DNA of 63,942 nt, filler included, from Octopus bimaculoides (Eukaryota): NCBI RefSeq assembly GCF_001194135.2. It is 8 parts of 7 records of this genome, joined end to end, with 100 filler letters (N's around TTAATTAATTAA, not from the genome) between each part and the next. Parts side by side here need not be neighbours in the genome. Positions count along the whole stretch, not along the records: positions 20,369 to 52,160 come from NC_068984.1; 7 more parts are not named here. One strand, 5' to 3'. Within the stretch, counting starts at the first letter, position 1. Every line of letters begins with the position of its first letter. Below, in pieces: positions 36,633 to 49,322 of the stretch. The translations under genes were made by a program, and so were the position numbers. Under the pieces are notes generated by a model. The model was given only the letters and a program-made list of their open reading frames with translations. It ran no database searches and was not told the origin of the DNA.

Positions 36633-37354
36633 TACACACACAAACACATGCAGAAACACACAACGACGCACACATACACACGCACACAAACACACAACCA
36701 CACACACTNNNNNNNNNNNNNNNNNNNNNNNNNNNNNNNNNNNNNNNNNNNNNNNNNNNNNNNNNNNNNNNNNNNNNNNNNNNNNNNNNNNNNNNNNNNN
36801 NNNNNNNNNNNNNNNNNNNNNNNNNNNNNNNNNNNNNNNNNNNNNNNNNNNNNNNNNNNNNNNNNNNNNNNNNNNNNNNNNNNNNNNNNNNNNNNNNNNN
36901 NNNNNNNNNNNNNNNNNNNNNNNNNNNNNNNNNNNNNNNNNNNNNNNNNNNNNNNNNNNNNNNNNNNNNNNNNNNNNNNNNNNNNNNNNNNNNNNNNNNN
37001 NNNNNNNNNNNNNNNNNNNNNNNNNNNNNNNNNNNNNNNNNNNNNNNNNNNNNNNNNNNNNNNNNNNNNNNNNNNNNNNNNNNNNNNNNNNNNNNNNNNN
37101 NNNNNNNNNNNNNNNNNNNNNNNNNNNNNNNNNNNNNNNNNNNNNNNNNNNNNNNNNNNNNNNNNNNNNNNNNNNNNNNNNNNNNNNNNNNNNNNNNNNN
37201 NNNNNNNNNNNNNNNNNNNNNNNNNNNNNNNNNNNNNNNNNNNNNNNNNNNNNNNNNNNNNNNNNNNNNNNNNNNNNNNNNNTATATTTATATACACACA
37301 TACATATGTATGCATGTATAAGTACATATGTATATATAAATATATACATATGTA

Positions 37355-37393
<39 letters not shown>

Positions 37394-37530
37394 ATGTGTG
37401 TTTAGACATATGATTGATTTACCACCATTAATATCTATTTCTGCTCCATCGCAAGACGAAATGAGAGAAACACGTGAGGCCATTAGTTTAGAGAAGCTCA
37501 ATAAATAATATTGATAACGTTTTTACTAAC

Positions 37531-37680
37531 GGAAACATAGAACTATTTTTAGTTTGTAAGTGGTACAATCTCTTTTTCTTGATTTATAAATTACAGTAAA
37601 TATCAGAGAAGGAGACAACCTCAGTGTATCACTGGTACATATTGAAAAATGTGATAAAGGAATTGCAAATGTAAAGACGC
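37531..37680 (-). CDS. Candidate exon 3: (R)VFTFAIPLSHFSICTSDTLRLSPSLIFTVIYKSRKRDCTTYKLKIVLCF
   Basis: 150 nt open, phase 1 to 1; acceptor ttgtagcag, donor C|GTTAGT. The antisense frame is also open. Confidence 0.42.
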
Positions 37681-38040
37681 CTGCTACAATTTTAACAGGG
37701 AACGTAGGCATACATGAGCAATTAACATGCCTTCATATGATTAAAAAAAACGTTCGGGTTATGACTACGCCTTCGTTGTAATTGTTATCTGTAGAGCAAA
37801 GTTCAGCTTCAAGGCAATTCTAAAATTGTGTATAAGCATCACTTAATTATGCTTCCAGGCAAATTCATTTCTCTCTACTTCAACCATGTTTCTCCAGAAA
37901 TATAAAATGAGAATTGCAACAAAACGTCTATGCGTGATCAGAATTATAAGAACATACTACTGTATTAAATGTTAAATGTATGATTTAAAAAAAGTAGACT
38001 ATACAAAAATTGTTCTCAAAAGAATTTTATATTGTCATAC

Positions 38041-38119
38041 GCAAGACGCTCGATAAGTTAGCAGACAAGCTAATTGTCAGATCAAAACTTTCACCAAATG
38101 TCGATATTTCGAGTAGTAT
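38041..38119 (-). CDS. Candidate exon 2: ILLEISTFGESFDLTISLSANLSSVL
   Basis: 79 nt, phase 0 to 1; acceptor gttccagtttttctgtag, donor C|GTATGA. The antisense frame is also open. Confidence 0.42.
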
Positions 38120-38471
38120 CTACAGAAAAACTGGAACATTAATTGACAAACTCATTGAAGAGATTAATACGTATCAAAACTATTTACAGTTTTAAAACGT
38201 TGTCTAAGAACAACCATATTTTTCTCTGTATTTTCTCACACTTATACAATGCTTACCTATACCGTGCCTGTCATTCATACAGTCACTTAACCGGATACCG
38301 TCATCAAAATGTTTATGATTTCAACTCATATATTTCATTAGTCATTACTAGATGGTAGTTTATTTAAAATCCAACATTACCTTAATACGCCTAGCAAGTT
38401 CTTCATTCTCAATATTTCACACCAATCCAACAAAAATAAATATTAATATCTATTCAGTTATGCTCCCTTAC

Positions 38472-38518
38472 CTTATCTTCAAACACAGAACACTCTTTTG
38501 AATAAGACCGGGAATTCT
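38472..38518 (-). CDS. Candidate exon 1 of the chain: NSRSYSKECSVFEDK
   Basis: 47 nt, phase 1 to 0; strong tttttactttgcag acceptor and AAG|GTAAGG donor. Confidence 0.5.
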
Positions 38519-38767
38519 CTGCAAAGTAAAAATTCATCCATGTAACTGATATATGTAAATGTGTTGGTATTTTGATATTCTGATCATCTTAGTACTATTC
38601 CGAGATAGGAAATTTCGAGTTACTACCTATGTATGTTTACCTGTATGCATGCATATATGGATACACGTATGTATGTTTATACATATACAAGCATATATCT
38701 GTATATGTATACACATGCATATATATGAGTACACATACACACACGCATCATAAACACACACACACAC

Positions 38768-38888
<121 letters not shown>

Positions 38889-39299
38889 CATACAAGAGTA
38901 CTTATAGGTATAAAATATTTCCAAACCCAACAAATATTTGCTTTCACTTTTAGGCATTATATATATATGTATACACACACACACGCACACACGCACATAC
39001 ACACACACACGCGCACACACACACACACATACCTATTCATCTGTGTGTGTATGTGTATGTATATACATATGCATTTATATGTATATATATGTATATATAC
39101 ACATACACACACGTATATATATTTATATATACATATATATACATGCACACATATACACATATGCGCATATCCACAGACAAACAAACTTCCATACAAACAC
39201 ACATGCATATAATATGTCTAAAGGTGAAAACGAATGTTTGGTGCATTTGCAAAGATTATTGGCAGCAGTACCATTGTAGATTGGGTTGAAGAATGCAGT

Positions 39300-40145
39300 G
39301 TTGTGGAATGGAGATAGGATTAAATAGAAAAATGGATCGGAAGAAAGGAAAAGCGAAAGAGACTGAATAAGATATGAGAGGTTGAGGGAATAAAGGAAAT
39401 TTATTAGGAGACTAAGGAATGGAAAGAGAGGCAGAGGGATAAAAAGGGAAGACAGAAGAAGTAGGGAGAAGAAACTGATGGTGATGTATGGAGAAGAAAA
39501 AGAAAAGGGGATGGAATAATACTAAGAGATTCAAAAAGAAGAAGGAGAAGATGAAGAAGAAGAAAACAGGAGAAGGAAAGAAAGGAAAGAAAAAGAAGAT
39601 GGAATTGGAGCGAAATGAAAAAGAAGGAGGTTAAAGAAGAAATGGGAAGAACGAGGGAGGAATGAGTTGCAAAAGAGAGAAGTGGAAAGTGAAAAAATAT
39701 GGAGGGATTAGAAAAAGGGTCAGAGAAAGAGAGAGAGAGAGAGAAAGGAGGAGAAGGAGAAGATGAAAAAAACGAATGAAAAGGAATAAAAGAAGGAAGG
39801 AAATAGCAGCAACTGAAGGAGAAGGGAGGGGAGGAGGAGAAAGAGGAGGAAGAGGAGATGTAGAAAAATGAAGAAAGCTGAAAGATTTGCAGAAGAAGAA
39901 ATAAGAAGGAAAAGATAAATAAAAGATAAAAATAGGAGTTTAGAGAAGAAGAGAGATGACGATAGAAGTGGGAAAGCAGGGACATAGCAGAAACAGGGGA
40001 GTAGGAGGAGGAAGAGGGCGGGTAGGACGGGGGGAAAGAAGAAGATGAAGAAATAGAAGAAAGAATAAGTGAATGCGAAGATGAAGAAGATAGTGATGAT
40101 GATGTATGATGATGAACAATATAAAGAATGTTTAGGAAGAGAAAG
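39300..40145 (+). repeat. Polypurine (G/A-rich) low-complexity tract, about 850 bp
   Basis: Almost entirely A and G on the plus strand. Confidence 0.9.
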
Positions 40146-40347
40146 AAGATATGGAGGAGCAGTGGTGATGCTGGTGTGTGTGTGTGTGGGGGTGGTGGTG
40201 GTGAGGAATGACTTGAAAATGTTGTTGAAAGAGTAAATGGTTGAGGCCTAAGGCTGTGGTTTAAGATAATGAATAACTAAAACAAGAAAGATATAATTAG
40301 TTACTCTCTATTATAACAACCACCACACACTTTTTGGATACTCCTTG

Positions 40348-40357
<10 letters not shown>

Positions 40358-40389
<32 letters not shown>

Positions 40390-40770
40390 AGCTACTACTG
40401 CTGCGGCTACTGCTGCTGCTGTCGTTGATGATATATTCATTTACATACTCCTGTTTTTTTGTTCTTGTTTTTTTGCTTGATTTTTGTTCTACGTCCCTCC
40501 AACTTATCCGACCACCGCCGCCACCACCGCCGCCACCGCCACCGTCATCGTGCCCACTTCCAAATGTGGCCTACACACCCAATGATTTTCATAAGTCGTC
40601 GTCGTCGTCGTCCTCACCACTACCATCAACACAACACCACGACCACCACTACAACCACCACCACCAACACCACCACCACCACCACCACCACCACCCTCAT
40701 CATATTTATATCAGCAGCTCCTGCACCACCACCACACTCCTGACTATCATGATCACTTGTCATGATGGCG

Positions 40771-40804
<34 letters not shown>

Positions 40805-40882
40805 CCACCATCATCATCACCACTACCATCATCATCATCACCATCATCATCAGCCTCCTCTTTCTCATCATCATCGATATCG

Positions 40883-40923
<41 letters not shown>

Positions 40924-40925
40924 GT
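40358..40925. repeat. (CTG)n, (CCA)n and (CAT)n trinucleotide cluster
   Basis: Directly visible; source of the spurious poly-L/P/H ORF starting at 40347. Confidence 0.95.
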
Positions 40926-41873
40926 CATTACCAAAATAGAGAATGTATTGCTGATGGCGTTTGTAATTTCCAAATTCTTCACTTAGGTATTTCGTTGAGA
41001 TCAACTTTTCAAACACATATACGCAGAACGCCCCCAACCCCACCAAACCNNNNNNNNNNNNNNNNNNNNNNNNNNNNNNNNNNNNNNNNNNNNNNNNNNN
41101 NNNNNNNNNNNNNNNNNNNNNNNNNNNNNNNNNNNNNNNNNNNNNNNNNNNNNNNNNNNNNNNNNNNNNNNNNNNNNNNNNNNNNNNNNNNNNNNNNNNN
41201 NNNNNNNNNNNNNNNNNNNNNNNNNNNNNNNNNNNNNNNNNNNNNNNNNNNNNNNNNNNNNNNNNNNNNNNNNNNNNNNNNNNNNNNNNNNNNNNNNNNN
41301 NNNNNNNNNNNNNNNNNNNNNNNNNNNNNNNNNNNNNNNNNNNNNNNNNNNNNNNNNNNNNNNNNNNNNNNNNNNNNNNNNNNNNNNNNNNNNNNNNNNN
41401 NNNNNNNNNNNNNNNNNNNNNNNNNNNNNNNNNNNNNNNNNNNNNNNNNNNNNNNNNNNNNNNNNNNNNNNNNNNNNNNNNNNNNNNNNNNNNNNNNNNN
41501 NNNNNNNNNNNNNNNNNNNNNNNNNNNNNNNNNNNNNNNNNNNNNNNNNNNNNNNNNNNNNNNNNNNNNNNNNNNNNNNNNNNNNNNNNNNNNNNNNNNN
41601 NNNNNNNNNNNNNNNNNNNNNNNNNNNNNNNNNNNNNNNNNNNNNNNNNNNNNNNNNNNNNNNNNNNNNNNNNNNNNNNNNNNNNNNNNNNNNNNNNNNN
41701 NNNNNNNNNNNNNNNNNNNNNNNNNNNNNNNNNNNNNNNNNNNNNNNNNNNNNNNNNNNNNNNNNNNNNNNNNNNNNNNNNNNNNNNNNNNNNNNNNNNN
41801 NNNNNNNNNNNNNNNNNNNNNNNNNNNNNNNNNNNNNNNNNNNNNNNNNNNNNNNNNNNNNNNNNNNNNNNNN

Positions 41874-41906
<33 letters not shown>

Positions 41907-42143
41907 ATGTATATATATATGTGTATTGTATATATATATGTATATATATGTGTATGTATATACGTATATATATATATGTATACACAGACACACACACACA
42001 CCCACACACAAATATATATATACGTAGATAGATATGTGTATGCAACCGTATATGAACAGACATATATTCAAAGAAATTGTATACCTGTAGTTTTTAATAG
42101 ACATGTGTATGTGTTTATATATACATTAATATATATTTATATA

Positions 42144-42174
<31 letters not shown>

Positions 42175-42614
42175 NNNNNNNNNNNNNNNNNNNNNNNNNN
42201 NNNNNNNNNNNNNNNNNNNNNNNNNNNNNNNNNNNNNNNNNNNNNNNNNNNNNNNNNNNNNNNNNNNNNNNNNNNNNNNNNNNNNNNNNNNNNNNNNNNN
42301 NNNNNNNNNNNNNNNNNNNNNNNNNNNNNNNNNNNNNNNNNNNNNNNNNNNNNNNNNNNNNNNNNNNNNNNNNNNNNNNNNNNNNNNNNNNNNNNNNNNN
42401 NNNNNNNNNNNNNNNNNNNNNNNNNNNNNNNNNNNNNNNNNNNNNNNNNNNNNNNNNNNNNNNNNNNNNNNNNNNNNNNNNNNNNNNNNNNNNNNNNNNN
42501 NNNNNNNNNNNNNNNNNNNNNNNNNNNNNNNNNNNNNNNTATATATATATGCATATATATACCTTCCTCTCTCTGTCTCTCCCTCTCGCTCTATATATAT
42601 ACATTTATTTGTAT

Positions 42615-42714
42615 CTTATTATTATTATCGTTGTTATTATTATTATTATCATTATTATCATCGTTGTTGTTGTTATTATTATTATTATTATTGTTATTAT
42701 TATTATTATTATTA

Positions 42715-42772
<58 letters not shown>

Positions 42773-42975
42773 GCCATCCATCTCTTTCTTTGGACGTCTT
42801 TATAATCATCAGTGGCAACCTCACAGCAGTGTCTTCTTCTTCTTCTTCGTCTTCTTCTTCTTCTTCTTCTTCTTCTTCTTTTTCTTCTTCTTCTTCTTCT
42901 TCTTCTTCTTCTTCTTCTTCTTCTTCTTCTTCTTCTTCTTCTTCTTCTTCTTCTTCTTCTTCTTCTTCTTCTTCG
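42615..42975. repeat. (TTA)n and (CTT)n microsatellites
   Basis: Directly visible. Confidence 0.95.
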
Positions 42976-43164
42976 AGGAATCGTAGAAACTTCTAGAAAT
43001 AGCAGCTATACCTCCTATACATTTCAAACTGCACAGTGTTAGAAATAGAGGAGAGACTGTTATGTATAAAAAATTATAAATATTATATTCTTACAAAAGG
43101 AAGGATGGTCACAACTGGAATGACTTTGATTGTAAGTTTGCTGGGTTACCTTTCATCTAAAACT

Positions 43165-43695
43165 TGCTTCAGTCATTAGACTACGGCCAAGCTGGGGCAC
43201 TACCTTGAAGAATTTCTAGTAGAAAGGATTGATTCCATACTTGGTTTGCTTTTTTGTTTTTTTGTTTTTAAAGACTAGCTTTTATTCTATCAGTCTTTTA
43301 TGCTGAGCCGCTAAGTTATCGGGACGGACGTAAACTCACCACCACCACCAGTTTTCAAGCGGTGGTGGGGGAGAAACACAGACACACGCATACAGACATA
43401 CATACAAACATACACAAACACAAACACACAGACACACGCACACACATATATATACGACGGGATTCCTTCGGTTTCCGCCTGACAAATCCACTCAGAGGTC
43501 TTAGGACAGCCAGAGGCTATAGCAGAAGACACCTTCGTAAGGTGGATATAGAGCGGTTCGGCAAGAGAGAACGATAGAATAAGTTCCTGACTTATATATA
43601 TATAATGTTGGTTCATTTGACTAAAAATTGTCGAAGGCGATGCCCCAGCAAGGCCGCATTCTAATGACTGACACCAGCAAAAGATAAAAGATAAA
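43165..43695. mobile_element. Two headless SINE family A segments joined in opposite orientation (minus 43165-43533, plus 43551-43695)
   Basis: cagtcattagactacggccaagctggggca on one arm; tgccccagcaaggccgcattctaatgactg on the other. Confidence 0.7.
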
Positions 43696-43837
43696 TGATT
43701 CCTGTAAAAATTCATCTTGGTAGAGTTACTTCTATGGCAGGAAGAAGAGAATATTTCCAGAAATCTAATTTGGATTTTAGGCTTCATCAAGAGAATTGTT
43801 TCTTATGATTCCTAATTTACAACAGATCCAAAAATAA

Positions 43838-44017
43838 TCTTTTCTACTCTAGGCAAAAGACCCGAAATTTTGTGAGGAGTGGGGCAGTCGATTAGATCGA
43901 CCGCAGGATGAAAGGCAAAGTCGACATCCGCGGAATTTGAACTCAGAACGAAAAGACAATGGAAATACCGCTAAGCATTTCGCCCGGCGTGCTAACGTTT
44001 CTACCAGCTCACCGCCT
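43838..44017 (-). mobile_element. SINE family B with an internal deletion
   Basis: Family B core sequence. Confidence 0.8.
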
Positions 44018-45143
44018 TCAGATCCAGAAATAATGTTATATATAGTCTTGTATGATTTTTGTCACGGCTTTCGATTCAGTACCAGGCAGCATTGTGAAAA
44101 TGTTCTCGAACAATTTGGAAGATCTCGCTTCTTAAGAGATGCCAAAAATTCTTTAGGAAGATGTAACAAAACTCATTCTCTACGGAGACAACTTTTCTTC
44201 ATCATTCTTAATTATTAAAGAAGCGAAATTGACTTCGGTCGGATGTAAACTCAGAATATTAAAACCTGGAACAAATGCCACAAGGCATTTTCCCGACGCT
44301 CTAACGGTTCTGTCAACCCTTTATCTGTAGACCCTAGAGGAGCGAAAGATAAAGTCGACATTGGTAGGATTTGATCTCAAGCCGTGCGCTTCGCAGAAGC
44401 GAGATTCCGGGTTTGATCTGGGACAAATGCCATTTTCTATATCTTTAGTGTGAGAATTTGGGTAGACGGTAACTGTTGAGAAGCCCCTCGCGTGCATTGG
44501 ATTAAGAATTCAAAGATACAGCCTAAACACTAGGCTGTGTCATGCTGATTCTTCCTCAGGTTACGTGAAAAGCACAGCGGTCTGAGTGATACTCAGCCAC
44601 TTACACGTTAATTGAATGAGGAAGTTGATTGAACAAATGAATATTCATAGTCGAAAGCGATGGCGATCCACTCAACCATACATATATATATATACAATAT
44701 ATATGTATACGATATATATAATATATGTATATATATTATATATATATATATATATATATNNNNNNNNNNNNNNNNNNNNNNNNNNNNNNNNNNNNNNNNN
44801 NNNNNNNNNNNNNNNNNNNNNNNNNNNNNNNNNNNNNNNNNNNNNNNNNNNNNNNNNNNNNNNNNNNNNNNNNNNNNNNNNNNNNNNNNNNNNNNNNNNN
44901 NNNNNNNNNNNNNNNNNNNNNNNNNNNNNNNNNNNNNNNNNNNNNNNNNNNNNNNNNNNNNNNNNNNNNNNNNNNNNNNNNNNNNNNNNNNNNNNNNNNN
45001 NNNNNNNNNNNNNNNNNNNNNNNNNNNNNNNNNNNNNNNNNNNNNNNNNNNNNNNNNNNNNNNNNNNNNNNNNNNNNNNNNNNNNNNNNNNNNNNNNNNN
45101 NNNNNNNNNNNNNNNNNNNNNNNNNNNNNNNNNNNNNTATATA

Positions 45144-45195
<52 letters not shown>

Positions 45196-45221
45196 CGTTA
45201 TCAAGAACAGTATTGACAGTG

Positions 45222-45260
45222 TCTTCGATGTTTCGGCCAGCTAAACCGTCATCAGAGTGT
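45222..45260 (-). ncRNA. Hammerhead-like motif with a canonical CUGAUGA core
   Basis: Minus strand CTGATGA-C|GGT-ttagctg-GCC|GAAA|CA|TC. Stem III looks like CpG-decayed ACGT; stem I does not pair. Confidence 0.4.
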
Positions 45261-45982
45261 ATATACACACATATAACCTGAAATTGCTCATACTTTCTTA
45301 AACGATTTCTCGTTTCGTTAATTTATCGATTGCTCCGATGTAAAAAATAACATCTAAAACCTGTAAAACGTTAAACGCTGTCAAACTGTGTCAAAATAGT
45401 TTCGTGAAACTGCATTGTAACATGAACGGACAGGCAAGCAGAATAATTAAACGATGTCACTATAAATCATTTAAAACACAGAAAGATAGCAAAATGATCA
45501 TAATTCACTTTTAAAATACGTATGGTAGTCACACTGAGATATTTCTCCTAACTCAATTTTGTCATAAATTATGCAAATCATTTAGGTCATCAATATATTC
45601 TACTCTCTTTTTGTATGAGTCCATTGGCTGCTGGAGATAAGATCGAACAATTGAAGCGGTGATGACGGCTAGTGAATCAGAAACACGTGTCCACAGCTAT
45701 CATCTTATCTCTAGACAATCAACCTGATCTTTAACATAATAGCTTATCAGCGCTGGAGAATTCCTAAAGTTTGACATTATTGTCCATTCTCATATGAAGC
45801 TGGACTTATTTTGCCATTTAGTAATTATGATAGATTCTCTGAAAGAGAAGATAATTCTAATAAGGCAAGAATTTATGCTGTATAGCATTTGATATACCTG
45901 GCATTGACTATACATAGACAGACAATCAGACAGACACACACATATTATATATGAATATATCATATATATTATATTTCGACAT

Positions 45983-46267
45983 ACAGGCGTGGCTGCGTGC
46001 TAAGAAGCTTGCTTATCAACCACAGGGTTCCGGATTCATTCCCACTGCATGTATATATATATGTTTGTGTGATTGTGTTTGTCTTCCCGATGTTGCTGTG
46101 TTTACGTCCCCGTAGCTTAGCAATTCGGCATAAGCGACCGATAGAATAAGTACTAGGCTTACAAAGAATAACTCCTGGGGTCGATTTCTTCGACTAAAAA
46201 CCATATAAAGTGGTGCTGCAGCGTGGCCGCAGTCAAATGACTGAAACAACTGAAAAAATAAAAGGAT
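45983..46267 (+). mobile_element. SINE family A with an internal deletion
   Basis: caggcgtggctgcgtgctaagaagcttgc...gtggtgctgcagcgtggccgcagtcaaatgactgaaac. Confidence 0.8.
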
Positions 46268-46328
46268 TCCGCGTGTGTATCGTTGGCGATTTTCTTTCTC
46301 CGTCTTCCCTTTTTTGGACTTTTCGTAT

Positions 46329-46363
46329 ATTTCTGGCGAAGAGCTCCGCTCGAAACGTTAAAT
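46329..46363 (+). ncRNA. Minimal type I hammerhead-like motif, one core substitution
   Basis: ATTT|CTGGCGA-A|GAGC-TCC-GCTC|GAAA|CG|TT|AAAT. Stems I and II pair; palindromic ACGT stem III; A6G variant with an extra A after A9. Confidence 0.6.
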
Positions 46364-46902
46364 CCTCTTTCTTTTCTTTCCTTTCCTGAGCGTCCAATAA
46401 CACTGTACTTATTCCACGTCCTCGCGTTGTTTTTGTCGTGTTTTTACGCGTTTTTTCTTGCTTGTTCATGTTTGAATCGAGGCATATATATGTGTATATA
46501 TATTTATATATATNNNNNNNNNNNNNNNNNNNNNNNNNNNNNNNNNNNNNNNNNNNNNNNNNNNNNNNNNNNNNNNNNNNNNNNNNNNNNNNNNNNNNNN
46601 NNNNNNNNNNNNNNNNNNNNNNNNNNNNNNNNNNNNNNNNNNNNNNNNNNNNNNNNNNNNNNNNNNNNNNNNNNNNNNNNNNNNNNNNNNNNNNNNNNNN
46701 NNNNNNNNNNNNNNNNNNNNNNNNNNNNNNNNNNNNNNNNNNNNNNNNNNNNNNNNNNNNNNNNNNNNNNNNNNNNNNNNNNNNNNNNNNNNNNNNNNNN
46801 NNNNNNNNNNNNNNNNNNNNNNNNNNNNNNNNNNNNNNNNNNNNNNNNNNNNNNNNNNNNNNNNNNNNNNNNNNNNNNNNNNNNNNNNNNNNNNNNNNNN
46901 NN

Positions 46903-46977
<75 letters not shown>

Positions 46978-48885
46978 TCATACAGACATACACAGATATA
47001 CATACACGTGTGTTTGAAAGTTTGTGTGCATATATTTATGTACATATGAACGTTTTAACATAGCTGTAGTCGTTATATTCTGGCCTTAGAAAGCTATGAG
47101 TGATGGCTGTCCAATGTATACTGTAAGTATATACAATGAGACAATTGAAATATTTTTTTTATATTTGGCTTTAAGAAAGCCACCTACAGACATAGAAGAT
47201 TCCATTGTAAACAGCAATAACTGCCACGCAGTCACACATTGCGTACAACTGTGTACGCACGTATTTCTTTGTGTACATGTGTGTGTGCATGTGTGTTCGT
47301 GCGTATGCAGTTATATTACTATGAAGTCTAATTTAATTCCAAAGAAAGCATATTTAACTAGATTTGTATTTAATTTTGTTAGACTACATAACATTATATT
47401 AATTTACATTGCCCTTAGCTAACGATTGGTTTATTGAGGTTGTTTACTAGAATTTTGCCAACGAAAATATAATTCAGTCGTATTTTAAGAATTGTTTACT
47501 ACACACACACACACACACATATATATATGTATAAATACATAACATGCCATATATATATATATATATATATANNNNNNNNNNNNNNNNNNNNNNNNNNNNN
47601 NNNNNNNNNNNNNNNNNNNNNNNNNNNNNNNNNNNNNNNNNNNNNNNNNNNNNNNNNNNNNNNNNNNNNNNNNNNNNNNNNNNNNNNNNNNNNNNNNNNN
47701 NNNNNNNNNNNNNNNNNNNNNNNNNNNNNNNNNNNNNNNNNNNNNNNNNNNNNNNNNNNNNNNNNNNNNNNNNNNNNNNNNNNNNNNNNNNNNNNNNNNN
47801 NNNNNNNNNNNNNNNNNNNNNNNNNNNNNNNNNNNNNNNNNNNNNNNNNNNNNNNNNNNNNNNNNNNNNNNNNNNNNNATATATAGGCATGTATGTATAT
47901 ATATGTATAGGTATTTATGTATGTGTATGCGTATGTATAAATATACATATATTAAAAATAGAAGAATTTGTGTATATAATAAGTAGACAAAATGAATGAA
48001 AGGTATTTGGAGGCATATTTATTAAAATAAATCACATACAACAGCCGTTCACATTGTGTTTCTGCAAACCTGCTGCCTTTGTAGAAATACAGCCCGTAGC
48101 TTCTTTAGCAGGAAACTGCGTAAGAAATTTGAATGTATCGAAACATCCAAATCATAAATATGTGTGTGTGTGTGTAACTGCGAGTGTGTGCTGCTGCTGT
48201 GTGTGTGTATGTGTGTGTGTATTCTGCGAGTATGTATTTATGTATATCCACGCGTGACGATAAAGTCTTGTGATGTAAAGAAACTGTGAAACTTCGAATC
48301 CTTCGTAAGTTTATCTAGATTTATTTCAACGTAGAAATGTGTACGTAGAAATGAGTTTTATTCAGTTAGTCAACATTATATTAAGTTATATCTCACTAAA
48401 TCCAGTTTGCTGTGCACTCTTGTATATTCTTTGCTGTTTGATGTATTTCTAGTGTATTTTGAGAAGTATTAATATATATTCTACATATGCATTATATATA
48501 TGTATACACACACACAGACATATATATATAATATATATATATTCAATGCGTGTGTGTGTATACTCAAACGTACATACACAAACTCAAACATATATTCATG
48601 TATACACACACGCACGCATATACCTTACTGTTGTGATATTATTTGAGTTCCGAAGCCATTTTTTGAACAATTTGAAAAAAAAAAAAAGAGGTAGAAATGG
48701 ATGAGCATTGAAAGAATTGTACAAGTTTTCAAGTGTAAGGCTTGTTGTTAAGATATAAAATATTCATTCTGCCATTAGACGGATTGAGTCTTTACTGAGA
48801 TTTAGGCTACGTTTTTGTTGTTATCCGTGATTTTAAATAATCCATCCATCCATCCATCCATCCATCCATCTAAACATACTGATAG

Positions 48886-48922
<37 letters not shown>

Positions 48923-48964
48923 CATATATATACATATATATATGTATATTTAATGTATATGTAC

Positions 48965-49022
<58 letters not shown>

Positions 49023-49254
49023 NNNNNNNNNNNNNNNNNNNNNNNNNNNNNNNNNNNNNNNNNNNNNNNNNNNNNNNNNNNNNNNNNNNNNNNNNNNNNN
49101 NNNNNNNNNNNNNNNNNNNNNNNNNNNNNNNNNNNNNNNNNNNNNNNNNNNNNNNNNNNNNNNNNNNNNNNNNNNNNNNNNNNNNNNNNNTGTACATACA
49201 TATATATATGCATATATAAATACATATATACATATACATACACACACACACATG

Positions 49255-49322
<68 letters not shown>

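Noticed and set aside
40347-42986. 879-aa ORF with poly-L/P/H tracts
   Set aside because: Built from trinucleotide repeats and N gaps; no real domain.
45700-45890. NYDRFSERED as a C2 loop-3 motif
   Set aside because: Flanked by in-frame stops and on the opposite strand from the C2-like model; likely chance.
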